A stretch of DNA of 32,000 nt from Nitrososphaerota archaeon (GTDB taxonomy: Archaea; Thermoproteota; Nitrososphaeria; Nitrososphaerales; Nitrosopumilaceae), in NCBI GenBank assembly GCA_022573895.1, contig JACZTB010000001.1, positions 53,487 to 85,486 on the forward strand, in the 5' to 3' direction. The stretch's first letter is position 1, and every line of letters begins with the position of its first letter. Below the pieces are notes generated by a model. The model searched no databases, was not told the DNA's origin, and saw only the letters and a program-made list of their open reading frames with translations. Positions 1 to 8,825 of this stretch are shown in pieces. Both the position numbers and the translations under genes were made by a program.

Positions 1-69
1 AAAATCTTATTTTTTAAATTTTAAAATTTTTATAAAATGGTAAAACAAAATGATTCATCCTTAGATGAT

Positions 70-903
70 TCATTGGTTTAGTTTTTTTAGCAATTGCTTT
101 GGGTTATACAAGAGGTCTTCCCAAGAATGTTCTAGATTATTCTTACAGTATTGACGTATTTTTTCATCATAAGCTACATTATGATTTGAAAAAAATCCTA
201 TTGAAAACATAAAACCATTATACAATCCATATTTTTTTGCAATAGTCAAACCTCTACCAATACCATAAAATGATGTATAACCTAATGCCTTATAGGAAAA
301 TCCCATGTGATAAAATTTCTTTTTATTATAATTTGTTCCAGTAGGTCTTTGGGTTTTTGTCATTATAGGATAGACAAATATTTTCATGCCTTCTGATTGT
401 ATTTTAAACAAGGCATATGTTTCATAACCATAATTAGATTGGTATTTCCAATCTATACACTCCATTGCTTTTTTTGTAAAAATTCTTCCTGAACCTCTAG
501 GTGATTTGGCTACTTCATTCTCTATAATTCCAGATGCAATATCTACAACATCTTTTTTCATGTTTTTAATTATATCTTCAATATAGTTTTCAGGTAAGAT
601 ATGATCTGCACCAAGAATCATAAAATGAGAATTATTTTTATCAAAGTGTTTCATTCCAAATGAAAATACAATACCTAATTTTCCACAATTAACCCAATTT
701 TTGTGTTCATAGGGAAAATCAATGACTTTTGCTCCGTAAGACGCTGCAATTTCTTTGGTTCTGTCGTTAGAGTTATCATTTACAACAATTACTGAATTTG
801 GTTTGATTGTTTGTTTGTTAAGATGATTTAATGTTTTTTCTATTATGAGTTCCTCATTCCTTGCAGGAATCAGCACATCATAATTTATCTTGTCCATGTT
901 CAT
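70..903 (-). CDS. family 2 glycosyltransferase
   Basis: 277-aa ORF. N-terminus YDVLIPARNEE...VIVVNDNSNDRT is the GT-A/GT2 nucleotide-sugar binding signature. Confidence 0.8.
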   Translation of the reverse strand: MNMDKINYDVLIPARNEELIIEKTLNHLNKQTIKPNSVIVVNDNSNDRTKEIAASYGAKVIDFPYEHKNWVNCGKLGIVFSFGMKHFDKNNSHFMILGADHILPENYIEDIIKNMKKDVVDIASGIIENEVAKSPRGSGRIFTKKAMECIDWKYQSNYGYETYALFKIQSEGMKIFVYPIMTKTQRPTGTNYNKKKFYHMGFSYKALGYTSFYGIGRGLTIAKKYGLYNGFMFSIGFFSNHNVAYDEKIRQYCKNNLEHSWEDLLYNPKQLLKKLNQ

Positions 904-1240
904 CTTCCATTTTTTTTAATTCTTTTATCCATGTTTCAGTTTCTGGAGTTTTATTCAATTGTGACTCTAACATTAATCTTATTGACTTTATCAAATAGGT
1001 TTGTTTTCTGAAATTCATGTTGAAATCAGTTGATTGTTGTTTACTGTGAAAAATACTTCCAATCACCATTAACATTGAAATTAATGCAACTGCAAAAATT
1101 GGAATGTAAAAATGAATTGGTATAACGTCTTTTATTGTTGTCAACGAATATGAAATTATAATAAAATTAATCATTGATAATACTGGAAAAACTACTGCCT
1201 GACCTAATCGTATTTTATGGTAAAGTTCTTTAATTGTCAT
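878..1240 (-). CDS. small membrane protein, co-transcribed with the GT2 gene
   Basis: 120-aa ORF with two hydrophobic helices (AVVFPVLSMINFIIISY, IPIFAVALISMLMVIGSIF). Its 3' end overlaps the GT2 start by 26 nt. Confidence 0.5.
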   Translation of the reverse strand: MTIKELYHKIRLGQAVVFPVLSMINFIIISYSLTTIKDVIPIHFYIPIFAVALISMLMVIGSIFHSKQQSTDFNMNFRKQTYLIKSIRLMLESQLNKTPETETWIKELKKMEDEHGQDKL

Positions 1241-1371
1241 TATTTTCGTTTTCCTAGTATGTTGTTACTTAATTTATGCATAAAACTATTATTTGAATTA
1301 CAGGCTCCATTTTTAATTCGTATGCTTTTTTTGGTATAGTTTTAATAAAGTTTGAATACATTTAATCTAAC

Positions 1372-2433
1372 TTGGACAAATCATTAACTAAAACCAACTC
1401 CTTACTTCGAACAGTAGAATGGAAAGACAACAAAGTTGTAATGATTGATCAAACAAAGTTACCAAACGAACTTGTTTTTGTAGAATACGACGATTACAAT
1501 CAAGTTGCAGATGCAATTAAAACTCTTGTAGTAAGAGGTGCTCCTGTAATTGGAGTATCAGGTGCATTTGGCTTGGCATTAGCAGTTCTGCAAAGTAAAA
1601 CAACTACTAGAGATGAATTGATTTCAGATTTGGAAAGTGCAAGAAAAATTCTATTTGAGACAAGACCAACTGCAGTAAACTTGGCATGGGGTTTAGAACA
1701 AATAATGAAAATTGCAAAGTCTGGAGATTCAGTGGAACAAATTAAAGAACTAGTAATTAATGCAGCCAAGAAAATGGCTGATGAAGATATAGAAATAAAC
1801 AAGACCCTTGGAAAAAATGGATCTGTTCTTTTCGATAATAATGATACAATAATGACTCACTGCAATGCTGGTGCCTTAGCTACTGTAGCATATGGAACTG
1901 CATTGGGTGTAATTAGAGCAACAAGAGAGAGTGGAAAGAATGTCAAAGTTATTGCAACAGAAACAAGACCTGTACTACAAGGTTCTAGACTAACTGCATT
2001 TGAGCTAAAACATGATGGATTTGATGTTAGTCTTATTCCAGATTCTGCAGTAGGATATAGTATGGTAAATGGATTAGTCGATAAAGTAATTGTTGGTGCT
2101 GATAGGATAGTAAAAACTGGTCATGTCTTTAACAAAATTGGAACCTATCAGGTGGCAACCATGGCAAAACAACATGGAATTCCGTTTTACGTTGCAGCAC
2201 CATTATCTACCTTTGATATGAAAAGTGATGCCAAAGATGTAATTATTGAAATGAGGAAAGGAAGTGAAGTGACGGGAATAGGAGACAAAAAAACTGCTCC
2301 TGATGGCATTAACGTGATAAATCCTGCATTTGATATTACTCCACCAGAACTAATTTCAGGAATTATTACAGAAAAAGGTGTGGCTAAGTCACCTTATGAA
2401 GAATCTATCAAAAAATTATTTGAAGCTAATTAA
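1372..2433 (+). CDS. mtnA: S-methyl-5-thioribose-1-phosphate isomerase (eIF-2B alpha/beta/delta-like family)
   Basis: 353 aa. VEWKDNKVVMIDQTKLP...VVRGAPVIGVSGAFGLALA and C-terminal NPAFDITPPELISGIITEKG are typical MtnA/eIF-2B-family motifs. TTG start sits about 25 nt downstream of TTTAATAAA. Confidence 0.85.
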   Translation: MDKSLTKTNSLLRTVEWKDNKVVMIDQTKLPNELVFVEYDDYNQVADAIKTLVVRGAPVIGVSGAFGLALAVLQSKTTTRDELISDLESARKILFETRPTAVNLAWGLEQIMKIAKSGDSVEQIKELVINAAKKMADEDIEINKTLGKNGSVLFDNNDTIMTHCNAGALATVAYGTALGVIRATRESGKNVKVIATETRPVLQGSRLTAFELKHDGFDVSLIPDSAVGYSMVNGLVDKVIVGADRIVKTGHVFNKIGTYQVATMAKQHGIPFYVAAPLSTFDMKSDAKDVIIEMRKGSEVTGIGDKKTAPDGINVINPAFDITPPELISGIITEKGVAKSPYEESIKKLFEAN

Positions 2434-2472
2434 TACAAAGTTTTTATTGTTTTTCGCACTGCATTTTACAAT

Positions 2473-3111
2473 ATGGCTACAGTTTCTGCAAAAGCAATTG
2501 AGGATTCCTTAAAACAATGTATGGATCCTGAGGTTCCTCTCAACATTGTGGAGATGGGTTTGATTTATGGAATTGATGTTGCAGAAAACAATGATGTTAA
2601 TATCAAAATGACAATGACAACTCAAGGTTGTCCCCTTCATGAAACTCTGGTTCAAGATGCAACAAGATATGTAAAGAAAGTTCCAGGGGTTAACAATGTC
2701 AACGTAGACATTGTATGGGATCCTCCATGGTCAATGGACAAAATGTCTGAAGAGGCAAAAATCAAAATGAAGAACATGGGATCTGGAATGAATACTCCTG
2801 CACCAATAAATTATGAAACTGCACTACCTCAAGGGGTAGGAAAATTAGTCAAACAGGAAGATGGTTCAATGGTTTTGGCAAATGAGCATGATCAAAATTT
2901 TATGGTAAATCAAGCAATCGTTGATTTTTGGAAGTCTTGCAATGGACAGCGTAAAGTTACAGAACTAGTAGAAGTGTTTGCACAGCAAACAGGATTACAA
3001 AGAAAGCAAGTAGAAAAAGAAGTTATGCAATTGTTACAACAGCTACGTGATGGTGGGTTAATAAATATTGCAGGACAACCTGATGTACCAAATGTTGAAT
3101 TTAAAAAATAA
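2473..3111 (+). CDS. DUF59 (SufT/MIP18-like Fe-S assembly domain) fused to a C-terminal PqqD-like domain
   Basis: N-terminal MDPEVPLNIVEMGLIY...TMTTQGCPL...VDIVWDPPWS is the DUF59 signature. C-terminal VNQAIVDFWKSCNGQRKVTELVEVFAQQTGLQRKQVEKEVMQLLQQLRDGGLI has the PqqD/RRE pattern. Confidence 0.75.
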   Translation: MATVSAKAIEDSLKQCMDPEVPLNIVEMGLIYGIDVAENNDVNIKMTMTTQGCPLHETLVQDATRYVKKVPGVNNVNVDIVWDPPWSMDKMSEEAKIKMKNMGSGMNTPAPINYETALPQGVGKLVKQEDGSMVLANEHDQNFMVNQAIVDFWKSCNGQRKVTELVEVFAQQTGLQRKQVEKEVMQLLQQLRDGGLINIAGQPDVPNVEFKK

Positions 3112-3113
3112 TT

Positions 3114-3761
3114 TTAAAAAATATAGTTTGAATTAGCGCCATCAAAGTTTATTGTAACACCTGAAAGATATTTTATTTTATTTTCAATTATTGATTTTAC
3201 AAAGTTTCCAATTTCTTCTGGTTCTCCTAGTCTTTTCATGGGTAGAGATTTTTCAAATTCTTCAATATTTTCTATTAATTCTCTAGTTCTATCTGTATTG
3301 ATAGGACCTGGCGCAATATTGATACAATTGATATTTTTTTCTGCGTATTCTTTGCTTAAAATTTTGAAAACTTCACTAAATGCAGCACGATATGCTGAAG
3401 AAATTATTAATTTTGGGTTTGGTTCTTTAATCACATTTGAACTAATTAAAAAAATGTATCCCCCATCATTAATTTTGATTTTCTGTAAAATGGTGCAAAA
3501 TCCTAGAAATAACTGATTGTGATATAGTTGCCAATCGTCTTCAGTTATAGTTGAGAATTGTTTTGGAGCAGGACCTCCAGTGTTTAACACTAGAATATCT
3601 GTTTGATTATGTTTCTCTAGAAATTTTTTTACACTATTCAAATCTGATGTATCAATATCATTTCTTGAAGCAGCAAAAACATCAATTTCTATGGATTTTA
3701 GTGATTCTGAAATTGCTTTTCCTATTCCTCTTGAACCGCCAAGAACAATTGCACTAGTCAT
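3114..3761 (-). CDS. short-chain dehydrogenase/reductase family protein (atypical)
   Basis: 215 aa. GGSRGIGKAI Rossmann motif, LNTGG (NNAG-like) and ISSN serine region. The expected YxxxK reads YRAAF. Confidence 0.8.
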   Translation of the reverse strand: MTSAIVLGGSRGIGKAISESLKSIEIDVFAASRNDIDTSDLNSVKKFLEKHNQTDILVLNTGGPAPKQFSTITEDDWQLYHNQLFLGFCTILQKIKINDGGYIFLISSNVIKEPNPKLIISSAYRAAFSEVFKILSKEYAEKNINCINIAPGPINTDRTRELIENIEEFEKSLPMKRLGEPEEIGNFVKSIIENKIKYLSGVTINFDGANSNYIF

Positions 3762-3786
3762 AATTAGTCAAAATATTACTTGATAA

Positions 3787-4026
3787 TTAAATTTCTTTAA
3801 TTTCAGTAATTGTTCCCCGAACAGAATCCATCTTTATGATGGCTTTTTTTTCATCCCAGCCTAATGCGACATACCAATCTCCTGCATCATCATGGTACTT
3901 TGTTTCTAATGTCTTAACATCGTCTGGTTTTACATCGTATTTTTTTGCAATTCCAGACACTGCAAGTGCAATTGCATCTTTTTCCTTTTCTAGTCTTCTT
4001 TTCATCAGACCAATTCCAGGACTCAT
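3787..4026 (-). CDS. small hypothetical protein
   Basis: 79-aa ORF filling an otherwise empty gap, with protein-like composition. No recognisable motif. Confidence 0.45.
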   Translation of the reverse strand: MSPGIGLMKRRLEKEKDAIALAVSGIAKKYDVKPDDVKTLETKYHDDAGDWYVALGWDEKKAIIKMDSVRGTITEIKEI

Positions 4027-4142
4027 GATTTTTCTGATCCTATTGTTCTAATATAGTTAATTGACAAAATTACCTATAAAGTTCAATTTTCCTAATTGAA
4101 AACCTTTCAATATTTCATCCTCAATCATATAATAGAAACAAA

Positions 4143-4736
4143 ATGAAATTAATTCAAAGAATTTCAAATTCCATACTTGTAAAACCTACTACTCTTGTAT
4201 TCTTTGTTTCAATTTTTGCAGTAATTGGTCCTATTGTGACTGTTTCAGCAGGATTTTGGGATGCAATATCTCATCTTCAACAAGACCTAGAATTTTTCTG
4301 GAGCATTCAGCATATTGTAGTATACACAGGAATATCCATGACTGTTTGCGCTGCCATCATAGGTTGTATTCTTTTATTTAGAAAATTAACTCGTAGATCT
4401 CTCAAGACTGGAATTAAACTCGTTATAATTGGTTCAGTAATCCAATTAATTTCAGGCTTTGGAGATTCTTTATCCCATGACCTATTTGGAATTGATGGAT
4501 TGGTATCTTGGTCCCACCAACCACTTGAATTGGGACTAGTTCTTGCATCATTAGGAGGAGTTTTGATATTAAAAAACAGAGAACATACAAAACTCAAAGT
4601 ATTTCTTCCATTCTCAATTGTAACATTCTTGTTTTTTACAACTTGGCTAATCTTTAATTTGTTTCTAATTTTTGGACATACTATTCAATGCATTCCCATT
4701 CATCAAATATTCTTATCAGGTTGCTCTATTTTGTAA
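4143..4736 (+). CDS. polytopic membrane protein with conserved His motifs
   Basis: 197 aa, about 5-6 hydrophobic segments. Repeated W/D-x-x-SH motifs (WDAISH, GDSLSHD, SWSHQP). Confidence 0.55.
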   Translation: MKLIQRISNSILVKPTTLVFFVSIFAVIGPIVTVSAGFWDAISHLQQDLEFFWSIQHIVVYTGISMTVCAAIIGCILLFRKLTRRSLKTGIKLVIIGSVIQLISGFGDSLSHDLFGIDGLVSWSHQPLELGLVLASLGGVLILKNREHTKLKVFLPFSIVTFLFFTTWLIFNLFLIFGHTIQCIPIHQIFLSGCSIL

Positions 4737-5191
4737 TTTTTTATTTTTAGATATGATATCACTATCATAGTCACAGCACCTGCTAGTATTAAAATTCCTG
4801 CCGGAGTCATTTCTTGAGATTTTGTATTGCCAAATTCTACTTGCAAATTTATTTGATTTTTTGAAATATTTGTGACTTTTATGGTATGTGTGCCATCTTC
4901 ATAAAAATCAAAATATCCTACTGACATTTTTGTCTGAATTAGTTCTTCTTGTATTACATTATCTTTAGTGTCTAGTATTTGGACAAATACCACTTCTCCC
5001 GAAAACTCCTGCATGTAAACTCTGTAAAATCCAATATCTACACCTGTAAATTCTGACTTTAATTCAAAAGAATTAGATTGTTTTAGTAAAATTGTACCCT
5101 GTGTTTTTTCAGTTTCAGCAAAAACAAATGAAATCCAAACAATCCCTATAATCATCAATCCTAACCCCAGTTTGAATAGTGATACTTTCAC
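4703..5191 (-). CDS. secreted protein with C-terminal membrane anchor / sorting-like signal
   Basis: 162 aa. N-terminal signal/anchor (LGLGLMIIGIVWISFVFA), a beta-rich middle, and a C-terminal TPAG + hydrophobic helix + basic tail (YLKIKNYK). Confidence 0.55.
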   Translation of the reverse strand: MKVSLFKLGLGLMIIGIVWISFVFAETEKTQGTILLKQSNSFELKSEFTGVDIGFYRVYMQEFSGEVVFVQILDTKDNVIQEELIQTKMSVGYFDFYEDGTHTIKVTNISKNQINLQVEFGNTKSQEMTPAGILILAGAVTMIVISYLKIKNYKIEQPDKNI

Positions 5192-5232
5192 TTCATTACA
5201 GTAACAAATTATTTGCCTAATAAGATATCTAA

Positions 5233-5307
5233 AGGGCTCGGAGGGCTTCGATCCCTCGACCTAGCGGTTCGAAGCCGCTCGCACTATCCAGACTGTGCAA
5301 CGAGTCC
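5233..5307 (-). tRNA. tRNA-Arg (anticodon UCG)
   Basis: Minus strand folds as a cloverleaf: GGACTCG/CGAGCCC acceptor, GCAC/GTGC D stem, AGCGG-CTTCGAA-CCGCT anticodon arm, GAGGG-ATCGAAG-CCCTC T arm. One A3:C70 mismatch. No encoded CCA. Confidence 0.85.
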
Positions 5308-5330
5308 AAAGAAGTAAGATTTTAACAGGC

Positions 5331-5340
5331 CTAAATATTT
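5331..5340 (-). promoter_or_regulatory. TATA-like box for tRNA-Arg
   Basis: AAATATTTAG on the minus strand, 24-33 nt upstream of the tRNA 5' end. Confidence 0.35.
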
Positions 5341-5351
5341 GTCTAGATACT

Positions 5352-6524
5352 TTGAAGGTATCAAAAAAAGTTACAGGTGTTGAATATGCAATTAGAGATA
5401 TAGTTCTAGCTGCAAGAAAAGTGGAACAAAAAGGAATGCAAATTGATTACCTCAACATTGGTGATCCTGTACAATTTGGTTTTCAACCACCAGATAATGT
5501 TAAACAAGCTTTGATTGATGCAATTAACAAAGGAGAAAATTACTATTCTTCATCTGAAGGTCTATTAGAATTAAGACAAGAGATTGCTAAAAAAGAAAAT
5601 GCAAAAGGACTATCAATTTCAGCTGAAGAAATTCTAATTACTAATGGTGTTTCTGAAGGACTTGATATGGTAATTTCTTCAATTGTAGAAGAAGGTGATG
5701 AGGTACTTTTACCAGGACCATATTATCCACCATATGCATCATATGTAAGATTACATGGTGGAATCCCTGTAGAGTTTACAGTAGACTTGAATAATTCTAC
5801 ACCCGACATTGATGATATTAAATCCAAAATTACTTCAAAGACAGTAGCAATCTGTTTGATTAGTCCAAACAACCCTACTGGTATAGTCTTTAATGAAAAT
5901 TCACTCAAAGAATTAGTGGACATTGCAAATCAACACAATATCTACATAATATGTGATGAAATTTATGATCAAATTGTTTTTGATGAAAAATTTGTGGGAA
6001 TTGGCAAAATTGCAGGAGATTCACCTGTAATTATTCTAAATGGATTCTCAAAAGTTCATCTCATGTCAGGCTGGAGAATTGGATACATTGCATTTAACCA
6101 ATCACCACAACTTGAAGCAATCAGAGAGCATCTTCCAAAACTGGCAAGAGTTAGGATTGCAACAAGTCTTCCAGTACAACATGCAGCTTTAGAATCACTT
6201 CGTGGCCCTCAAGATTACATAAATAACTTTGTTGCTGAAATCAAGAAACATAGAGACTTGGTCGTAAAACGCCTCAATGAAATGCCTGGTATTTCATGTC
6301 CCAATCCACAAGGCGCATTTTATGCATTTCCAAAGATTGAAGACAATAGATTTGGTACAGATAAAGAATTTGTTACAAAACTTCTAGAAACAAAAGGCGT
6401 ACTTACTGTTTACGGTTCTGGATTTGGTACACAATATGGAAGCGGGCATTTTAGACTTGTTTATCTTCCTAGTATTGAAATATTAAATTCTGCAATGAAC
6501 AAAATTGAAGATTTTGTTAGTTAG
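5352..6524 (+). CDS. class I/II PLP-dependent aminotransferase (aspartate/alanine aminotransferase-like)
   Basis: YLNIGDP...SPNNPTG...NGFSKVHLMSGWRIGY (PLP-Lys region). Start moved to the in-frame TTG at 5352 because the track ORF start (5295) overlaps tRNA-Arg. Confidence 0.85.
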   Translation: MKVSKKVTGVEYAIRDIVLAARKVEQKGMQIDYLNIGDPVQFGFQPPDNVKQALIDAINKGENYYSSSEGLLELRQEIAKKENAKGLSISAEEILITNGVSEGLDMVISSIVEEGDEVLLPGPYYPPYASYVRLHGGIPVEFTVDLNNSTPDIDDIKSKITSKTVAICLISPNNPTGIVFNENSLKELVDIANQHNIYIICDEIYDQIVFDEKFVGIGKIAGDSPVIILNGFSKVHLMSGWRIGYIAFNQSPQLEAIREHLPKLARVRIATSLPVQHAALESLRGPQDYINNFVAEIKKHRDLVVKRLNEMPGISCPNPQGAFYAFPKIEDNRFGTDKEFVTKLLETKGVLTVYGSGFGTQYGSGHFRLVYLPSIEILNSAMNKIEDFVS

Positions 6525-6922
6525 AAACTCCAAACTGAAAATTTTGCAGGAATTATTTCTATAATACAGTTAGTATCCTCCAGTAATTCTTTTGCAGATT
6601 TGTTCTCAAGTGTCTTAAAGTATCTTAAAAGAATTTTTTTTACAATTGTTTTTACTTTGTTATTTTCTAAAATTAAATTAGCATCTCCTTGTCCCATAAC
6701 TCCGTAAATATTTGGGGCATTGATACCTACATCAACACAAAAGCCAACGCGTTTGTTTCTTTTTACATTCTTTGCCTTTTTTGTCCTAGTGTTTGTTCCA
6801 ATATAGATCTTTTTTCCACTATACATATACCAAACAGGTGCAATATGTGGAGTTTTATTTTTATCAATCGTTGCAAGCCGTAATACTTTTTGTGATTTTA
6901 GAAATTCATCTCTTTTGTTCAT
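6521..6922 (-). CDS. pyridoxamine 5'-phosphate oxidase-like (FMN/F420-binding split-barrel) protein
   Basis: 133 aa. VLRLATIDKNKTPHIAPVWY...KKIYIGTNTRTKKAKNVKRNKRV matches the PPOX/F420-dependent split-barrel pattern. Confidence 0.75.
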   Translation of the reverse strand: MNKRDEFLKSQKVLRLATIDKNKTPHIAPVWYMYSGKKIYIGTNTRTKKAKNVKRNKRVGFCVDVGINAPNIYGVMGQGDANLILENNKVKTIVKKILLRYFKTLENKSAKELLEDTNCIIEIIPAKFSVWSF

Positions 6923-7139
6923 GTTTTTTAAATCCTAACACTATCATAAAAATCCCAAATCCTAACATTGCTACTGAAACTTTTTCACTTGTAATTTCTC
7001 CATTTAACAAAAAATCTACAACAAATTCTGGTCCCCAGATTAATAACTGTCTGATTAGTCCTATTCCTGCTATTACAGAAGAAAGCACACCCATTGCTGT
7101 AAACCAATTTCTACCTCGTCTATAGTATTCATGACTCAT
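6906..7139 (-). CDS. small membrane protein
   Basis: 77 aa with two hydrophobic helices. Overlaps the start of the downstream PPOX gene by 17 nt. Confidence 0.4.
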   Translation of the reverse strand: MSHEYYRRGRNWFTAMGVLSSVIAGIGLIRQLLIWGPEFVVDFLLNGEITSEKVSVAMLGFGIFMIVLGFKKHEQKR

Positions 7140-7159
7140 GATTAATGAAAAAAACTGAC

Positions 7160-7831
7160 TCAGACAATTTTAATGCCAGGATTTTTAATCTTATTTCTTA
7201 TCATTGCATTAAGGAGAAGTGGCGTGGAAATTTCTGAAAGATAAGATAACTCTCCTGGACCTAAGTAAATTGGTCTTAGTCCTTTGATTTCATTAATCAA
7301 TCCATTTACCACTTGAACTGATTCATCATCATCTCCACATACAAAGATGTCATAATTAAGTTTCAATGTTGGATTGACAAGTTTCTTTTCAGAAATCACA
7401 TGGAAAGCTGAAACAAGTTTTGATTTGTTCTTCATGTGATTTAATACTAGTTGATATGAAAATGGTTTATTTTCTTTAATTGGAATGAATTCAAATCCAA
7501 CATCTGTTTTTGTCATTGGAACAATTGGAGACACAACAACACAGCTGTCTTTGATCTCAGGTAATACTACAGAACATACCGAATCAATATGTTCATATGG
7601 AATTGATAAAATCAAAACATCACTTTCCTTTGCAACTGAAACATTATCCTTTCCAGAAATTGTTCCCTTTATTTCACCAAATGCTTCTTTGGCAAGATTA
7701 GTAAATTCTGTTGCTGATTGAGATGCTCTTTCAGCATCTCTAGAACCAATAATTATATCATGGTTTTGTGACCATCTTAAAGCAAAACCTTTTCCCATTC
7801 CACCAGTCCCACCAATAATTCCAATTTTCAT
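7160..7831 (-). CDS. npdG: NADPH-dependent F420 reductase
   Basis: MKIGIIGGTGGMGKGFALRW...IIIGSRD dinucleotide fold typical of NpdG/FNO. Start trimmed to the internal ATG at 7831, since the upstream 20 codons are low complexity. Confidence 0.8.
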   Translation of the reverse strand: MKIGIIGGTGGMGKGFALRWSQNHDIIIGSRDAERASQSATEFTNLAKEAFGEIKGTISGKDNVSVAKESDVLILSIPYEHIDSVCSVVLPEIKDSCVVVSPIVPMTKTDVGFEFIPIKENKPFSYQLVLNHMKNKSKLVSAFHVISEKKLVNPTLKLNYDIFVCGDDDESVQVVNGLINEIKGLRPIYLGPGELSYLSEISTPLLLNAMIRNKIKNPGIKIV

Positions 7832-7882
7832 GATAATGTATCTGATAATGTTATTATTATCTCTATTTGAAGTTCGATCAAA

Positions 7883-8506
7883 TTGGGACAAATAATTTTC
7901 CTAAGACATGGTCAAGCAAAAAATAACACTGAACGAATTTTGGCTGGTAGAACAGAAGGCGTTCCATTAACTGATACTGGAATAAAACAATCTGAATACG
8001 CTGCTGAATTACTTGAACATATGAATATATCTGCAATTTATTCAAGTCCAATAGAAAGAGCAAAGCATACTGCAGAAATTGTTGGAAAACATAACTCTCT
8101 TGATGTTACAATCGATGATCGTCTAAATGAACTTGATATGGGAAAATTTACTGGCATGCCATATGATAAGATTTTTAACAGTCACGGTAATGTATTTATA
8201 AAATTCTATAACGACGAGCTTGAGATTGCTCATAATGGAGTAGAAACTTTCACACAAGTCAAAAAACGAATTCTAGAAATAGTTGATCACGTAATTGAAA
8301 AACATCCTGATGAAAATGTTTTGCTTGTAACTCACATGGACCCAATCAAAGCAATGCTTTCAACCATTGTTGATCTATCTCCCATCAATCTCTTTGAATT
8401 AATAATAGCGAATGCTTCTCTTAACATCTTTAGAGAAAAGGATCGAAAATTCTCACTTGCAGGACTTAATGTAATGGATACATCACGTTTCAATCAAGGT
8501 TGGTAG
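7883..8506 (+). CDS. histidine phosphatase (phosphoglycerate mutase-like) family protein
   Basis: IIFLRHGQAKNN (RHG catalytic motif), SSPIERAKHTAE, and VTHMDPIK (second catalytic His). Confidence 0.8.
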   Translation: MGQIIFLRHGQAKNNTERILAGRTEGVPLTDTGIKQSEYAAELLEHMNISAIYSSPIERAKHTAEIVGKHNSLDVTIDDRLNELDMGKFTGMPYDKIFNSHGNVFIKFYNDELEIAHNGVETFTQVKKRILEIVDHVIEKHPDENVLLVTHMDPIKAMLSTIVDLSPINLFELIIANASLNIFREKDRKFSLAGLNVMDTSRFNQGW

Positions 8507-8538
8507 TTAGTAATCTTGAAAACCCTTAAATAGAAAAA

Positions 8539-8823
8539 ATGGGTTTCGTCAGTCAATCGTTAATGAAAAGGATGGTTGGATTATTCCTAGTATTGTCAGT
8601 TTTAGTAGTAATTCCTGCTCTAGACTTAGCATTTGCTCAAGGTGATGAACCTGGAGAATATCTTGATCGTAGAGTGATTATTTGGAACTTGTTCTTTAGA
8701 ATGATGGCTGTTGCATTCACAGTTGGTGCTGTAGTAGCTGGAACCATGATGTGGATAGTTTGGAGGTTCAGAGAATCTAATCCAAAAGCAAAACCAACTG
8801 CATATGAAGGGACAGACTGGTAG
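8539..8823 (+). CDS. small two-helix membrane protein, first gene of the oxidase operon
   Basis: 94 aa with two hydrophobic helices. Its stop lies 2 nt before the subunit II ATG. Confidence 0.55.
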   Translation: MGFVSQSLMKRMVGLFLVLSVLVVIPALDLAFAQGDEPGEYLDRRVIIWNLFFRMMAVAFTVGAVVAGTMMWIVWRFRESNPKAKPTAYEGTDW

Positions 8824-8825
8824 AA

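Noticed and set aside
5295-5351. The GTG-initiated N-terminal extension of the aminotransferase ORF.
   Set aside because: It overlaps the tRNA-Arg gene (5233-5307) and its TATA-like box. The family-typical N-terminus begins near the in-frame TTG at 5352.
7832-7891. A 20-codon N-terminal extension of the F420 reductase ORF (MSQFDRTSNRDNNNIIRYII).
   Set aside because: The Rossmann fold starts exactly at the internal MKIGIIGGTG. The extension is low complexity and would overlap the divergent phosphatase gene start.
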